A stretch of 64,000 nt of DNA, from positions 33,666,001 to 33,730,000 of the forward strand of contig OX597816.1 in the NCBI GenBank assembly GCA_951406725.2, in the 5' to 3' direction. This document shows positions 1 through 15,883 of this stretch, piece after piece. A model generated the notes under the pieces. The model saw nothing but the letters and a program-made list of their open reading frames with translations, was not told the DNA's origin and ran no database searches. Both the position numbers and the translations under genes were made by a program. The DNA comes from Octopus vulgaris. Lineage: Eukaryota. The first letter of the stretch is position 1; each line of letters begins with the position of its first letter.

Positions 1-137
1 GTTCTTGGCATAACCAATTGACCGCCAGCTCTGGTGATGATATTAACACAGACAAGTTTCTCTTGTTATTTCAAAGAAATCCTACATCGGCGTGTGTGCA
101 TTATTTTGTGTGAGTAAGAACAGGGCACACTGTTTAC

Positions 138-138
<1 letters not shown>

Positions 139-216
<78 letters not shown>
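139..216. repeat. (TG)n microsatellite
   Basis: Uninterrupted TG run; source of the THTH ORF. Confidence 0.95.
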
Positions 217-220
<4 letters not shown>

Positions 221-639
221 TGTTTGAACGCGTGCATATATAAATATGCAATTAGTTCATGAAATACTTAGACATATGCTATATAAGGAACTTAACATTA
301 CTGAAAAAACTTCAATGTGTGTAGACTACCTACACTGAAGCAGCTATTTAACACCAGGCTGGACTTGAAAGAGAATGCTTTTGATCAGCTCTGGTATTTT
401 TGTTTCATTGGTAGATAAAATTATACACAATTCAATTTCATTTTATGGCAGCGGCATGTTCTTTGGTGGAGAGAAGTTGGCTGCTATTGCAAGATATCAC
501 CTGATAGCAGAAATGATACCAGAATTGCCGAGAGACAGCGTCTAGCGTCGTAAGTTATATATCTATGTGTGTGTATGTGTGTGTGTTTGTGAATGCGTTT
601 ATAGATGAAGGTGAGGTAGAGGTGTATTTTTCAATTATT

Positions 640-830
640 TTAATCTTGTTTCAGTCATCTGATTGCGGCCATACAGGAGCACCGCATTAATGTGTTTTAG
701 ACGAAAAAATCGATCCCAGGGCTTATTCTTGTAAACTGGTACTTATTCTACTGTTCTCTGTTGCCAAACCCCTAAGTTATGAGGACATAAACATACTACC
801 ATCAGTTGCCAAGCAATGGTGGGGGTACAC
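640..830 (-). mobile_element. Degenerate 3' half of tRNA-derived SINE (family A in this report)
   Basis: cttgtttcagtcatctgattgcggccatacaggagcaccgc...cccagggcttattcttgtaaactggtacttattc matches the 3' half of the better-preserved copies at 30403-30816 and 36543-36949. Confidence 0.75.
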
Positions 831-1540
831 ACAGATTACACAAACACACGGCGTTACACGTAAATAATTCTACATGTAAACTAATGCAAATATACGCGGT
901 TCGTTATATTGGGGTTGCAATTTATCAGGCTTGCATCAAGACGGCCATTGTCAAATGTTGTAATGATCATGTATTATGTGTATTCTATAGGGAGGAAAAA
1001 TCATTGCAGGAAAAAATAAAAGTTAAAAATGATGAATGAAAAATATCCTCTTTTGCTGTATTGTAAATAGTGATCTGAAAAACAATTTCGGAGTGAAAAA
1101 TTACGACGATAAGATTTATTTCACGTTTTATCAAAATTTCACAAAAATTCTGATAACTTCAGAAGCACACATGGACGCACGTGTAATTAAATACTGATAG
1201 GTAGAGTTGTATGTAGATCCAGCTAATTCTACATAAGGGAAACGCAATAGGCTTTATCTGTGCTTATTAAACATAAGGTAAAGGAAAGGGAGATCGTGCA
1301 TAATAAAGATGGAGAAAATGCTCTTGTAAGCAGCCCGTACATGCACATGTCTCACTGCAAGGTTTCTTGGACAAGTCTTCTCATTGTTCACGAATGCAAA
1401 TCTCCAGTTTTCTATAATAACATCGTAGTCTAGAACGCATCCGATATGATCTCCATGCAATATGGAGATGCCGGAAGGCATTCAAAACTGTGACGAAACA
1501 AGCTGTCCAGCATTCTACACAACCACACACAAACATATTC

Positions 1541-2195
<655 letters not shown>

Positions 2196-2616
2196 CGCGT
2201 GTGTGTGTGTGTCCGTTTTATGTATTCGTGTGTGTGTGTATAACATATCTGACCGTGCACATATATTGATGCTAATGTTTCCTCGTGTTCACACTATGAG
2301 TTTTGTACTTTTATAGATATTTACGGCTTGTTTTTGTTACCGCTATATTAGTCGCTATAGTCATTCTTTTGCCGTTCAATAGTACTATTTCTAGAATTAT
2401 TTCTAATAGTGCTTGTAAAGGATGTAATATTGATGGTCTTTTTGTTGTCGTCGTATTATTTCTGCCTGTTTTTGTGTTGTTGTTGGTGGAGGGTGTTACT
2501 CAAAATATATTTTATATCTTTGTCTCTGTGCATTTGATGGTTTTTCGTTCGTTCTGTTTGTTGTTCTGTTTTTTGCTACATACATTTATATATTCACAAA
2601 GAATCACACACATACT

Positions 2617-2685
<69 letters not shown>

Positions 2686-3091
2686 GTGTGTGTGTGTGTG
2701 TGTGTATGAAAAAATATATATGATTACATACAGATGTGTGCAGATAAAGGTTCATGCAAATAATCATATCTTTCTACACAAACACACACACACACACGTA
2801 CACACATTAAGTGAAGCTGTTAGACGTGTTTAGTTTGAGTTTAGCAATTGTAAACATGGGGGTAGATGCCATGGTTGTTGAGGTTAAGCGTGGATGGAAG
2901 TTGCTACACGGAAAACATCAAATAATATGCCACACAAATACTTTTTCTTCATCGGTATTTTTGAATATTCAGTGAGAACAGACGAATGCATAGTTTTACC
3001 ATAAATACTTTTGACAACTGTTTCTCTCGTTTGCTTGTATTTTTTTTCTTCTTTCCTCTGGATGCATTCAGTCTCCATAAATATATTTTCC

Positions 3092-3148
<57 letters not shown>

Positions 3149-3175
3149 GTATATATGTATATGAACATATATATG

Positions 3176-3213
<38 letters not shown>

Positions 3214-3216
3214 GTG

Positions 3217-3256
<40 letters not shown>

Positions 3257-4427
3257 TGTATATATACATATATATGTTTATATTTGTGTATATCTGTATA
3301 GATACATAGATATATAGATAGTGTGTATATATGGAGAGTGTGTGTGAGGGTATATGTGTGTGTATATATGTTTATATAAATTTATGTATGTATCTATGTT
3401 TATATGCCTGTTGTTTGTTTGTGTGCATATGTGTTCTATGTTTGGTCTCTATTTCATAATACAAAAACCAGACGCCATTAACCGTACATATTGATATTTG
3501 ATTTTGATCTTTATTGACTGTGTTTTCCTATTTGAATTAAATATTAATATCGTTGTTACAGTTGTGATTGTTATTATTAATATTCTTCTCTTTCTTCTTC
3601 TTGTTATTTTTCTTATTATTATTTTCATTATTCTTATTATCTTCATCATCAACAACATTATTGATTTTCTCAGTCATTTGTTACCATAGATATTTATAGG
3701 CATAACGAACGACCACAACAAGGAATGCGTACACACACACATACACACTCATAAAAAACATGAATACATACCCACAGATGCATCTCAATGGATCATATGA
3801 TTCACCCCTCCTACTATGCCAGAAAATGAATTCCCAACAACATAAACATTTATGCTAACATTCATATATAGACACAAAATCATGTACACATACGCAAACA
3901 TATATACATACATCTGTGCATGCCTGTGAGATTTCACGCTTCCGTATATTGGCACAAGAGGAAAAGTTGTTTAAAATCTATATGCATGCACACTAGGGCG
4001 AGCATGAGAATAAAATATTGGTGTGTTTCCGTGTGTGTGTCTTTCTGTTTGGCTTTTATACATGCATGAATGTATAATTATCGTTACAATGAAAGTTAAA
4101 GTTATTCCTTTGCTACATTATATATTTTCTCTGATACTTCCGATTAATTCTTGCTTTCGTTTTGGATGAAGATGAATCAAAACTTGTATGGTAGTTGTTA
4201 TTCACTTATAATGAATACATATTCATAATATCAGCAAAATATGAATACTGCTATACGAATAGTATCCTTATCATCATAATAATCAGCAATAATAATAATA
4301 GCAAAAACAACAACACAGACAAAGTAAATATTCACAGCTATTATCGCATATAAGTGTCTGTAAACAGTTCACATATGAAAGGCATCAGAAAAACTGAGTG
4401 CAATTAAGTGATGCATACATACATACA

Positions 4428-4463
<36 letters not shown>

Positions 4464-4544
4464 TATGTATATATATATATACTATATTTATATAACATAG
4501 ACATACATATATATATTATGGACATATATATATATATATATGTA

Positions 4545-4608
4545 GGAATATATATATTTGTATATTAATACATATATACATGTAAATATGTACACATACA
4601 TATATATG

Positions 4609-4642
<34 letters not shown>

Positions 4643-4799
4643 GGCACATATATATATTTGTATATTAATACATATATACATGTAAATATGTATACATACA
4701 TATATATGTAATATATATATATATATATATATGTAGGCATATATATATTTGTATTTTAATACATATATACATGTAAATATGTATACATACATACATATG

Positions 4800-4830
<31 letters not shown>
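4545..4830. repeat. Tandem repeat, about 3 copies of a roughly 95-115 bp TA-rich unit
   Basis: Unit atatatatttgtatattaatacatatatacatgtaaatatgta...(ta)n gtaggcac recurs three times. Confidence 0.8.
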
Positions 4831-4835
<5 letters not shown>

Positions 4836-5249
4836 TTGTATATATGTATATATATATGCGTGTGTGTATATATATGTTTATATATATATATATGTATGTG
4901 TGTGTGTATGTGTTTGTGTCTCTATACACCTACAACTATATATGTATATTAAATTTCTGGGGTTTATTTTCTTAATGGAAGCATATTGTTTGCTACACAG
5001 CTACAATACCCAGAACAAATTTATTGAGTACTTTACTGTCTTAAGCACCCTGAATCTTATGATTTGTTTCATACAAAGATACACATACATGCATATTTAA
5101 AGAGATATTTGCGTGTGCCTATGTATCTATTTGTGTATCTGTTAGTGTATGCAAGTGTATGTATATGTGTGTACATATAATTACCCTGAAGCTTTGCAAT
5201 TTCTAGCAATAAAATTGAAAAAATCCATTAACAACCACAACAACATCAA

Positions 5250-5263
5250 TAATAATATTAATG

Positions 5264-5311
<48 letters not shown>
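5250..5311. repeat. (AAT)n microsatellite
   Basis: Direct reading; explains the poly-N/poly-L ORFs. Confidence 0.95.
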
Positions 5312-5312
<1 letters not shown>

Positions 5313-6441
5313 GATCTTATCAAAATGTCTGTCCATCACAGACATACGGAAAACAATAAATAATACAGCACTATCAACACTCTCTCCGTCGCTGCTAATA
5401 TCAGCTACTACGAGGGGAAAAAAAGTCACAACAAAATCAATAGAAGACGAATCAATTACAAATTGTGTATTTATGTGAAATCTAGACTTTGTAATTAAGT
5501 AAATCAAATATATCAATGATTCGTTGCTTAAAAGAAAACAAACACAAAATTTGTTGAATGATAATATAGTTTACCTCATATATTATATTGTTTTATATAC
5601 TATTATAGATAACTCTGAATTGCTTTTGACACAGAAACTCAACATATCTGAAATAAACACACACACACACACATATTAACTCAAAATCGTATACACAGAC
5701 ACATACATCTATTATATACAACTTTCTTCCATGTTTGTCTACCAGTTTCAAATATGAAGATGTTGGCCAAGTGGGCAATCCGATGATAGACCACTATCAT
5801 TTATGGCTCCGATTAGCTTGGCTTATTCAAAAATATAGAGGAAAGAAAAATTACAATAAATAATTGCACAGATGTCTCAACACCTCAAACTTCATAAGAA
5901 ATATCTAGCCTGCTTTAGTCCTTCCTACTTCACTTTCAACCATCCGTAAGTATGTATGCATGTATTCATGCATGTACAGGAATGCACATGTAAGTTAAAA
6001 TCTGTAAATAAAAATATTTTGTTTCTAGTGTGTGCACTTCCCTTAATGAGGGAAGCAGCATTTCGTTAACGAATACGGGACACCTTTCGCGTTAAGCGAA
6101 CAAACTACCCCTATTTGAATAGAATAAGTGCATTTATATGAACAGAATTTTTGATCTCGTTTGACAAAAATACGAATAATTATGTATCTATGATAACGGG
6201 ATTTATTCATTGTCATATAAACACGGCTATTTATTCTTGAAATATATTTCTTTTTTACATGGCAACCACATAGTTTGTTGTCGAATCACACTCTACCGCA
6301 ACATGGGTATTTGCCTTGCATATTGTTCAACACATTTGGAAGTTAATTTGGTAGACGAGATAATTATGGTAGTCCTACGAACGTGCATACACACACACAA
6401 GAGTGTATATAAAAGGGTTTGACAAAAGGTAATTTGTTACA

Positions 6442-6960
6442 ATGATATAGCTATCGAACTTTGAAAGTGGTCAAATTGTTGGTGCACGTATGGCAGGGGA
6501 TAGCTTCACGAAAACATCAGAAATGTTTAGTTTATCAAGAAGTACTGTCTCGAAACTAATGACAGCCTTTGAAAAATAGGGAAGAACCACATCGTTGAAG
6601 CTAAACTCCGGAAGGAAAACCAAAACATACAGATAGGGATCGTCGGACCCTTACGCGAATTGTTAGAAAGAATCACAAAAGTACAGCACCCAAAATTACT
6701 GTAGATCTTAATGACAACTTCGAAGACCAATTTTCCACAAAATCTGTTCGACGGGAGCTGAACAAAGCCGGATATCACGGGAGGGATGCAACCAAAAAAC
6801 CATTACTATCAAAACAAAAGCTGCAAAGCCTTTAGAGTGGTGTTAAAACGTACAGAGGTGGTCCCTAGGGCAGTGGAAGAATATTTTTCTCTCGGACGAG
6901 TCATCCTTTACCTGATTTCCAACCACTGGCCAAGTTATTTCCGGCCTCAGCGCGCCAAAA
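6442..6960 (+). pseudogene. Tc1-family transposase remnant (N-terminal DNA-binding region to first catalytic Asp)
   Basis: Manual translation: LSNFESGQIVGARMAGDSFTKTSEMFSLSRSTVSKLMTAFEK*GRTTSLKLNSGRKPKHTDRDRRTLTRIVRKNHKSTAPKITVDLN...STKSVRRELNKAGYHGRDATKKPLL, then a frameshift, then WSLGQWKNIFLSDESSF. The HTH/GRK motif, the RKP-like motif and the W-x5-SDES motif fit Tc1; stops and frameshifts are present. Confidence 0.88.
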
Positions 6961-7114
6961 TGAAGACATTTGCAAAATACCCCCAAATATAAATTGCAGA
7001 ACTGTATACATGATCTCTTTCGAGTGAGCCTTCAGTCTCTAGTTCTGGAAATTGTGTTTTATAAGCGACAGACTACACTGATGAGCTTGCAGATATTTAC
7101 ATTTGTAAATATTA

Positions 7115-7500
7115 ACCCCACTTCCCAACCCGGCTTGTTCCCCTGCTCCCTCCACGCTGCAGCAGTTGCCCGTACTTCTCCAACACTGCCATTGTCACAT
7201 GCACCCATCATCGACCCTATCATATCACTGACTCCTTCACTTTCTCTTCTAGCAACGTCAATTACTGCATCTCCTGCTCTCTCTCTCTCTCTCTCTCCTC
7301 TGTACATCTATCAAACAGGACGCGACACCACTTGGCTGACCGGTTTGCGGAACACCATCGAGTTATCAGATTCGGCAATGATACCCCGCTTTTGCGCTAT
7401 TTCTGCCCCACCGGTCATTCTTTACAACACGTGCCTATGTTCTAATTGTCTTCGCCGTAAGCAGAAATTAATCTCTCTCCCTTCCTTTGCTCCGTCTTCA
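7115..7500 (+). pseudogene. Penelope-like element remnant, C-terminal Cys motif plus GIY-YIG endonuclease
   Basis: Joined across frameshifts: PGLFPC...RCSSCPYFSNT...ITDSFTFSSSNVNYCISCS-(CT)n-LYIYQTGR...RFAEHHRVIRFGNDTP...GHS. This matches the PLE pattern CxxC...FTCxSxNVIYxIxCxxC..YIGxTGR..L..RFxEH. Confidence 0.82.
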
Positions 7501-7544
7501 TCTAACTCCCCTCCTCTCTCATCTCTTCCTCTGAACAAATGAGT

Positions 7545-8612
7545 ATTGTCAAAATATTCAATTTTGCTGTCCACACACTTGCCGTCTACCCGTTCCATCG
7601 CTGCTGCAATCCTTGGATGCAATTCCTAAAAAAGCTTTCTTCTTCCTCAAAAGAACCATCAACAACAGATATAACTTCATTATCAAGTGTCATTGGTTCC
7701 CAGCCGGGTATTTTACTTGTTGAGGAACGGATGATAGTGAGATGGGGCCACATCAGGAAAATAGGGAAGACGATCAACAATTTCAAAATCAAATTTGCGC
7801 ATTGCTCTAATAAATCAATAACACTTTCGACACCTTTCATGAGAGCCTTTGTTCTTGATTAACATTTATAACTGCCTCAGCAACTTGGGATATTACTTTT
7901 CATTGATGGTGTGGCACTTTTGAAGATAGTAAATAAACACAATACCTTTTGTATCCAAACAGACAAATGCCAACATCTTCCCTGCAGATGAAGAGACCTT
8001 GTCCTTCTTTCAAGGAAGAGTTTTCTATTGCCTGGATTCTCTTTGTGTCCTGCTCAAAATGATGAACTCAACATTGATCCTGTGAAAGGAAGCGCTCGAC
8101 GGAACCGATGGGATCGACTTAAAAAGGCTATTCCAGCTGTGTGATCAGCTTGGGGCACATTTGGTGAGGCGTTATAAAACCTGCACCTAAGATGCAAATA
8201 CTTCGTCATGCCAAGTGCATTATCCAGAATATTCTCAGCACTCTCACGAGATATAACTGCGTTCGCTGTTTGATTGATAGATGATCGCCTATTATTCATT
8301 AACTTGTGTTGAACACGATCAATGTTTTTCCTCCGTAATGGCAGTTTCAGGACGTTCACATTTAGGGCCCTTCTCAAGTCTTAACCTTACCCTCATAACT
8401 GCGAGCATGAATGACCTCGTGGCTGCACGATACCAATCGATTTCCATTTTCAAGAGAATTCACAGCCAGTTGAAGTTTCTTTGAACAGTGAAGTATCGGT
8501 CTACCGAGAACCAGATATTAAGATGCGTTGAAATGAATGGATGCAAGATTTCACAGGCCAAGCATCACTTCTTCATAGTCAGACTATGAACTTATCATAT
8601 CATCCTGGTGTA
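7545..8612 (-). pseudogene. mariner (DD34D-type) transposon remnant
   Basis: Minus-strand fragments ENIDRVQHKLMNNRR..INQTANAV.ISRESAENILDNALGMTK, VERFLSQDQCxVHHF, SSAGKMLAFVCLDTKGIVFIYYLQKCHTINEK, and C-terminal DNEVISVVD...ESFFRNCIQGLQQRW / KCVDSKIEYFD. Many frameshifts. The 5' boundary near 8612 is approximate. Confidence 0.88.
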
Positions 8613-9639
8613 TACGCACTTATTTCTCTCAATAAAGTAGGAGGACCTTATTCAAAGTTTTCAAAAAATATTAGATTATTCGTTTTTGACCAAGTTTTTC
8701 TGAATGATACTTTAGATTCTCGCCTGCGAATTGATGAAAGGGAGAGTAGAGTGTTGTGGCATTTGAGCTCAAAAGGTAAACAGATAGAAGATATATGTCT
8801 AAGCATCTTCTCTGAGCCTCTCCAGAATCTTCTATTATTCCGCCGACCTTACAATTATAATATTTTCGGCTGTAGAGACGAGGTATGAAACTTTGGTGGA
8901 AGTCGGGAGTCTGTTTTATATTACATCGACTCTAATGCTGAAGTGCTACATTTTTCTTTTGACTACCGAAAGAGTCCAAGATAACTTCGGTTAACATAAG
9001 ACCGGATGAAATACCGCTTAATACTTTGTACGTCACGTCAACGATTCTTGCCAACTATCTCCAACCCTGCAGAGAAATTCCGAGGACGACTGGTTAGTCG
9101 AAACCATGGAACTCAAATACCAGAGGAGATGAATGGTAAAATTGACCTCTACACGATTTGACTTCCTAATAGAATGAATGTGAACAAATACCGTTGTTTC
9201 TTTCAATGCTCTGACGATACTTCTAATCTACCAACCTAATAATTATTACAGACATAACAACAGCAACAACAATCATTTATTTTATGTGCCACAGGGGCAA
9301 TGATATTTATAGTACAATAAATTGAGTCATTTGCGTGTAAAATATTCAATGTTTTTCTTTTCTTTTTCTATTGATATTCTAGTATATTTTACAAATTATG
9401 ATTCAATACTATACAAATGTTAAGAATACCAAAAGCATTTTATGATATTTTCACACGCAATTCAATTGATGGGAATGATCGTGTCGATAATTATCAGTGT
9501 ACCAATGTGTAATCTTAAGAATTCACGCATATGAAGCACAGAGGAATTTATTGCACATTTAATATGTGCAAATTTTAATATTGGCTATCATCTAAACATT
9601 GCGCACACTCACAGAGACACGTATCCACGTACAGGACAC

Positions 9640-9765
9640 ACATACATACATACATACATACATACATACATACATACATACATACATACATACATACATG
9701 CATGCATACATACATACATACATATATACATACATACATGCATACATACATGCATACATACATAT
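9640..9765. repeat. (CATA)n microsatellite
   Basis: Direct reading. Confidence 0.95.
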
Positions 9766-9854
9766 GTGTGTACGCTTATGTTCTACTCTTATTTTTGTAA
9801 TCATAGAATTCTATTAAACCCAAAAATATAAGTGAAACTGTCGGTAACATCGAC

Positions 9855-10080
9855 AAGCGTTCCAGTTGATCCAATCAACCGAATAGTCTACTTAAGAATT
9901 TAACTTGCAAGGGGCTGAGTACTCCAGAGACACGCGTACCCTTAACTTAGTTCTCATAGTCAAGTCTTTGAATTAGAAGTACAACTTATTTTTCAAAGCT
10001 GAATGGATTGAACAAACGTGAAATAAATTGCTTTCCTCAAGGAGGGAACGCGTTGCCGGGGATCAAACATACGATCTTAT
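9855..10080 (-). mobile_element. Degenerate tRNA-derived SINE
   Basis: Reverse strand shows a B-box-like gtttgatcccc near 10060 and a SINE-like 3' module (gagaactaagttaagggtacgcgtgtctctggagtactcagcc...gatcaactggaac), which overlaps only briefly with the end of the copy at 37912-38185. Confidence 0.55.
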
Positions 10081-10813
10081 GGAGTACCTTTACACTCCGA
10101 AATATATTCCTATTGAAAATATTCGTTTACAATATGTCGACTGTTTAATGCTATTCAGAGTAGGTACATCTAGGCCCTGTAAATGAAGTTGGAAGGTTGG
10201 GCTTCCAACAAGGCCTTTTGCGATACCCTACATTTATACACTTAAAACCATCTTACACAAAACGATCTTGCATCTACGATAAATCTACGAAACAAATTGA
10301 AATATAACTAGTGTTATTTGAACTCCGTATAAGAAGATATCTAGACAATCACCACATTACTATCAGTGCTGATATTAGATATTAGAGACAGGATTTCCAG
10401 AAATAGCCACATATATCTCGTCATGTATTTGTGTTTTGAAGCTGTACAAATATAATTTCACCCACACAAACAGACACACACAAAGACATTTTCAACCTGG
10501 CTAGTTGCTATAATTGAACAAGGTTGCCTTTGTGTTGTGACATTCTTGAAGGAAGATAGCTTACTTCTGATTGACACGTGGATATAATACCATTTTACAG
10601 TTGAATGGTTTGTAGTAGGAACGACACGAACCATCTGTAATAACACAACTCTAACAACTAAAACAATCACACCCATGCTATCAGGAAAATGTCAGCGAAA
10701 CAGATAGACCAATTTATACACCTACCATATATATATAGATACTCTTATATATGCATGCACGTATATTCACATGTATATATGCATGTCTATATATATATCT
10801 GTCTCTCGCTCGT

Positions 10814-10880
<67 letters not shown>

Positions 10881-11549
10881 CTACACACAGTTATATAACA
10901 CAATAGGTACACGAGAAAACAATCGTAAATAAATAGATATTTCTATTTTGTGTGCGCGTGACAATGCGTATAATTGTGTGGGTAGCTATATATATTGATA
11001 TATGTATAAAATGTCAGTTATTTATAAAAATACAGACATAAGCATATATATTTTGTATATAGACTGACACGAAGTTACCAAAAGAAAAAAAAATGATTCT
11101 GCTTATACAATACTGCTGCTGCAGACAAACGGCAATGTTTGGGTGTGTCAGAAACGTTTGAGAGACAATTATAATATCTCGATGACTCAGCTAAACTACA
11201 GCCTTCCACTTTCAACACAAGAATAATTATCGCATATAGTGTACACACATGAATATACAATCTGATTACATTGTAGACAGTATGTATTAATACAAACACA
11301 CAGACGCATATATATGTATGCCAAAGTATGTGTACGTTTCTGTGTGTGTAAGACTATGTGCATGACCACATAAGTATGGATATGTGAGCTTGCATAGTTA
11401 TCTACACATAGTATATAAAATGCCTTTCCCTTAGATATTCTCATAAAAATAGAAACAAATCCAAAAAGGGGTATTCATATACGGAAATATTTAAAAATTG
11501 AGACTTATGTATGTAAGCATACGTGTGTATTTGGGAGAGTGTGCAAATA

Positions 11550-11550
11550 C

Positions 11551-11593
<43 letters not shown>

Positions 11594-11608
11594 TATACAT
11601 ATATATAC

Positions 11609-11641
<33 letters not shown>

Positions 11642-11676
11642 CATACATATATATACATATATATACATATATATAC

Positions 11677-11736
<60 letters not shown>
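11550..11736. repeat. (TA)n array flanking the 3' tail of LINE copy 1
   Basis: Direct reading. Confidence 0.95.
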
Positions 11737-11739
<3 letters not shown>

Positions 11740-12630
11740 CTCTCTTTTACTCTTTTACTTGTTTCAGCCATCCGGCTGAGGCCATGCTGGGGCACCGCCC
11801 TTGTTGCTACCCTCTCTAAGTCCAGTTTGCCGTGGCTGGCCACTGATCTAAGAGAGAGTTTGTAGCTGCTGCCCTTAGGTTACCTTCGTACCTTGCAGTG
11901 GGTTCATCTGGGATCCCGGAAAGCAGCTTGTCTAGATGTTTTTTGAAAATGTCCACATCCGCATCATGTAGATCTCTTAGTTTTCTTGGCAGTTTGTTGA
12001 AAAGCTGAGGGCCCCTGAACCCCAGGCTATTACAGTATCTGCTCCTTACCCTGGATGTGGAAGACGGGACCTTTGGCACCACACAGTGACGTCCTGTACG
12101 GGGATTGGAACAGCTCTCAATTCCAAAATTTGGTGCTAGTCCCTCCAGGATTTTCCATATGTATATCACTGCATATCTCTCTCGTCTTCGTTCCAAGGAG
12201 TACAAATTGAGTTCCCTAAGCCTCTCCCAATAGTTCTTTTCTTTCATGGTGGAAATCCTCTTGGTGAAATGCCTTTGGATTGTCTCAAGCTCTGTGGTTA
12301 GTTTGACACTATGCGGTGACCACAGTTGGGAGCAGTAGTCCAGGCGGCTTAGGACAAATGTCCTCCATAGTGTCAACATGGTCTCGCAGTCTCTTGTCCG
12401 GAATATCCTCAGGATCCAGCCAGTGAGTCATCTGCACATTGTCGCCACCTTCGCGATGTGTGAAGAAAAAGATGCATCGTCACTCATGTCTATCCCCAGG
12501 TCCCGTATTGATTTCGATACTGGGATTTCGATCCCTCCTGGACCAGTATAGTTGTGTTGTAATGTATATGTGTTTACAGCTTGATATTGTAAGGCTTGAA
12601 ATTTACCAGCATTAAATTGCATGTTGTTGC
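11737..12630 (-). mobile_element. 5'-truncated CR1-group LINE, copy 1 (RT C-terminus plus 3' UTR)
   Basis: ORFs 12428-12622 and 11816-12379 are in one frame, separated by a single TGA (likely CGA>TGA). Motifs [54 protein letters not shown]. The tail ends GGCGGTGCCCCAGCATGGCCTCAGCCGGATGGCTGAAAC followed by AGTAAAAG repeats. Confidence 0.93.
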
Positions 12631-12675
<45 letters not shown>

Positions 12676-12691
12676 TGTATATATATGTATA

Positions 12692-12757
<66 letters not shown>

Positions 12758-12888
12758 TATACATATATATATATATAAATAGATATATACATATATATAT
12801 ACTTGGATAGGTTTCGGCCATTATTGGCCCAGGCCATGTCTAACTTAATAGCACCACCTGGTGCTATAAATATATATATATATATATA

Positions 12889-13960
12889 TCCTTAAATCCT
12901 TAAATCCTTAAAAATGTTTTAGCCCGAAGGCCGCGGCCATGCTGGGGCACCACCGCTGAATGAGCTACACTAGTTTGTGAATCCACCTCTGATACGTGGC
13001 ACTTGATCAACAAGGGAGTTCGATGCTGCTGCCCGCATCCGTGTCTCCTGTCGTGAGGTAGGTTCATCTGGGACTCCCAACAAGAAGAGATCCAGTTTAG
13101 TTTTAAAGAAACCCACATCCACACCATGTAAGTCTCTCAGGCATTTAGGGAGGATGTTAAAGAGCTGTGGTCCTCTGAAACCCAAGCTGTTGCAGTATCT
13201 GGACCTGTATTTTGATGGTGATGTTGGAATCCTTGGCACCACGCAGCGGCGCCCCGTTCTGCGGTTGGAGTAACTTTGAATGCCAAAGTTTGGGACAAGA
13301 CCCTCCAGGATTTTCCAGATGTATATCACTGCATATCTCTCCCGCCTCCGCTCCAGGGAGAAGAGGTTTAATACCTTCAGTCTTTCCCAGTAGCTGACAT
13401 TTTGCATTGAGACGATTTTCTTTGTGTAGCTTCTCTGAGTTGCTTCGAGTTCTGCTGTTTGTTTTATATTGTGTGGTGACCAAAGTTGGGAGCAGTAGTC
13501 CAAGCGGCTGAGGACAAATGTTTTCCATAGGACCATCAGTGTCTCCTTCTCTCTTGTTCTGAAAGTTCGGAGAATCCATCCAGCTAGCCGTCTGCATTTT
13601 ATCACCAGATTAGCAATATGCATTTGGAAAGATGCATCATTGCTCATGTCAATGCCCAGGTCACGCACTGATTTTGACTCAGGGATTGCAATTCTTCCTG
13701 GGCCAGTGTATCCAGTCTTCACGTCATTTACCTTTGTGTGCCAGTAGCGCAGGGCCTGGAACTTACCTGCATTAAACTGCATGTTGTTGTCCTCAGCCCA
13801 CCTGTATATTGTGTCCAGCTCATGTTGCAGATGCGCAATATTTTCAGGGTTTTGTATTGCGTGGGAGACTTTTGTGTCATCTGCATAGCTAGCAAGGGTG
13901 GTCATCGTAGCAACTGAAGGCATGTCTGAAAGGGCCACTATGAACATCAGTGGCCCCAAT
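12889..13960 (-). mobile_element. 5'-truncated CR1-group LINE, copy 2 (RT from LGPL..YADD to 3' tail; surviving frame intact)
   Basis: The real part of ORF 12970-14616 starts at [12 protein letters not shown]...ASYADDTKV and runs uninterrupted to the stop; upstream is (TA)n. The tail ends GGTGGTGCCCCAGCATGGCCGCGGCCTTCGGGCTAAAAC followed by ATTTAAGG repeats. Confidence 0.94.

Positions 13961-15883
<1,923 letters not shown>

Noticed and set aside
1254-1481. [11 protein letters not shown] resembles a SPRY-domain strand
   Set aside because: There is an in-frame TGA just upstream, no usable acceptor in that phase, and no other SPRY motifs.
7078-7084. CTGATGA just upstream of the Penelope fragment (also at about 29862)
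   Set aside because: No stem II followed by GAAA, so it is not a hammerhead as it stands.
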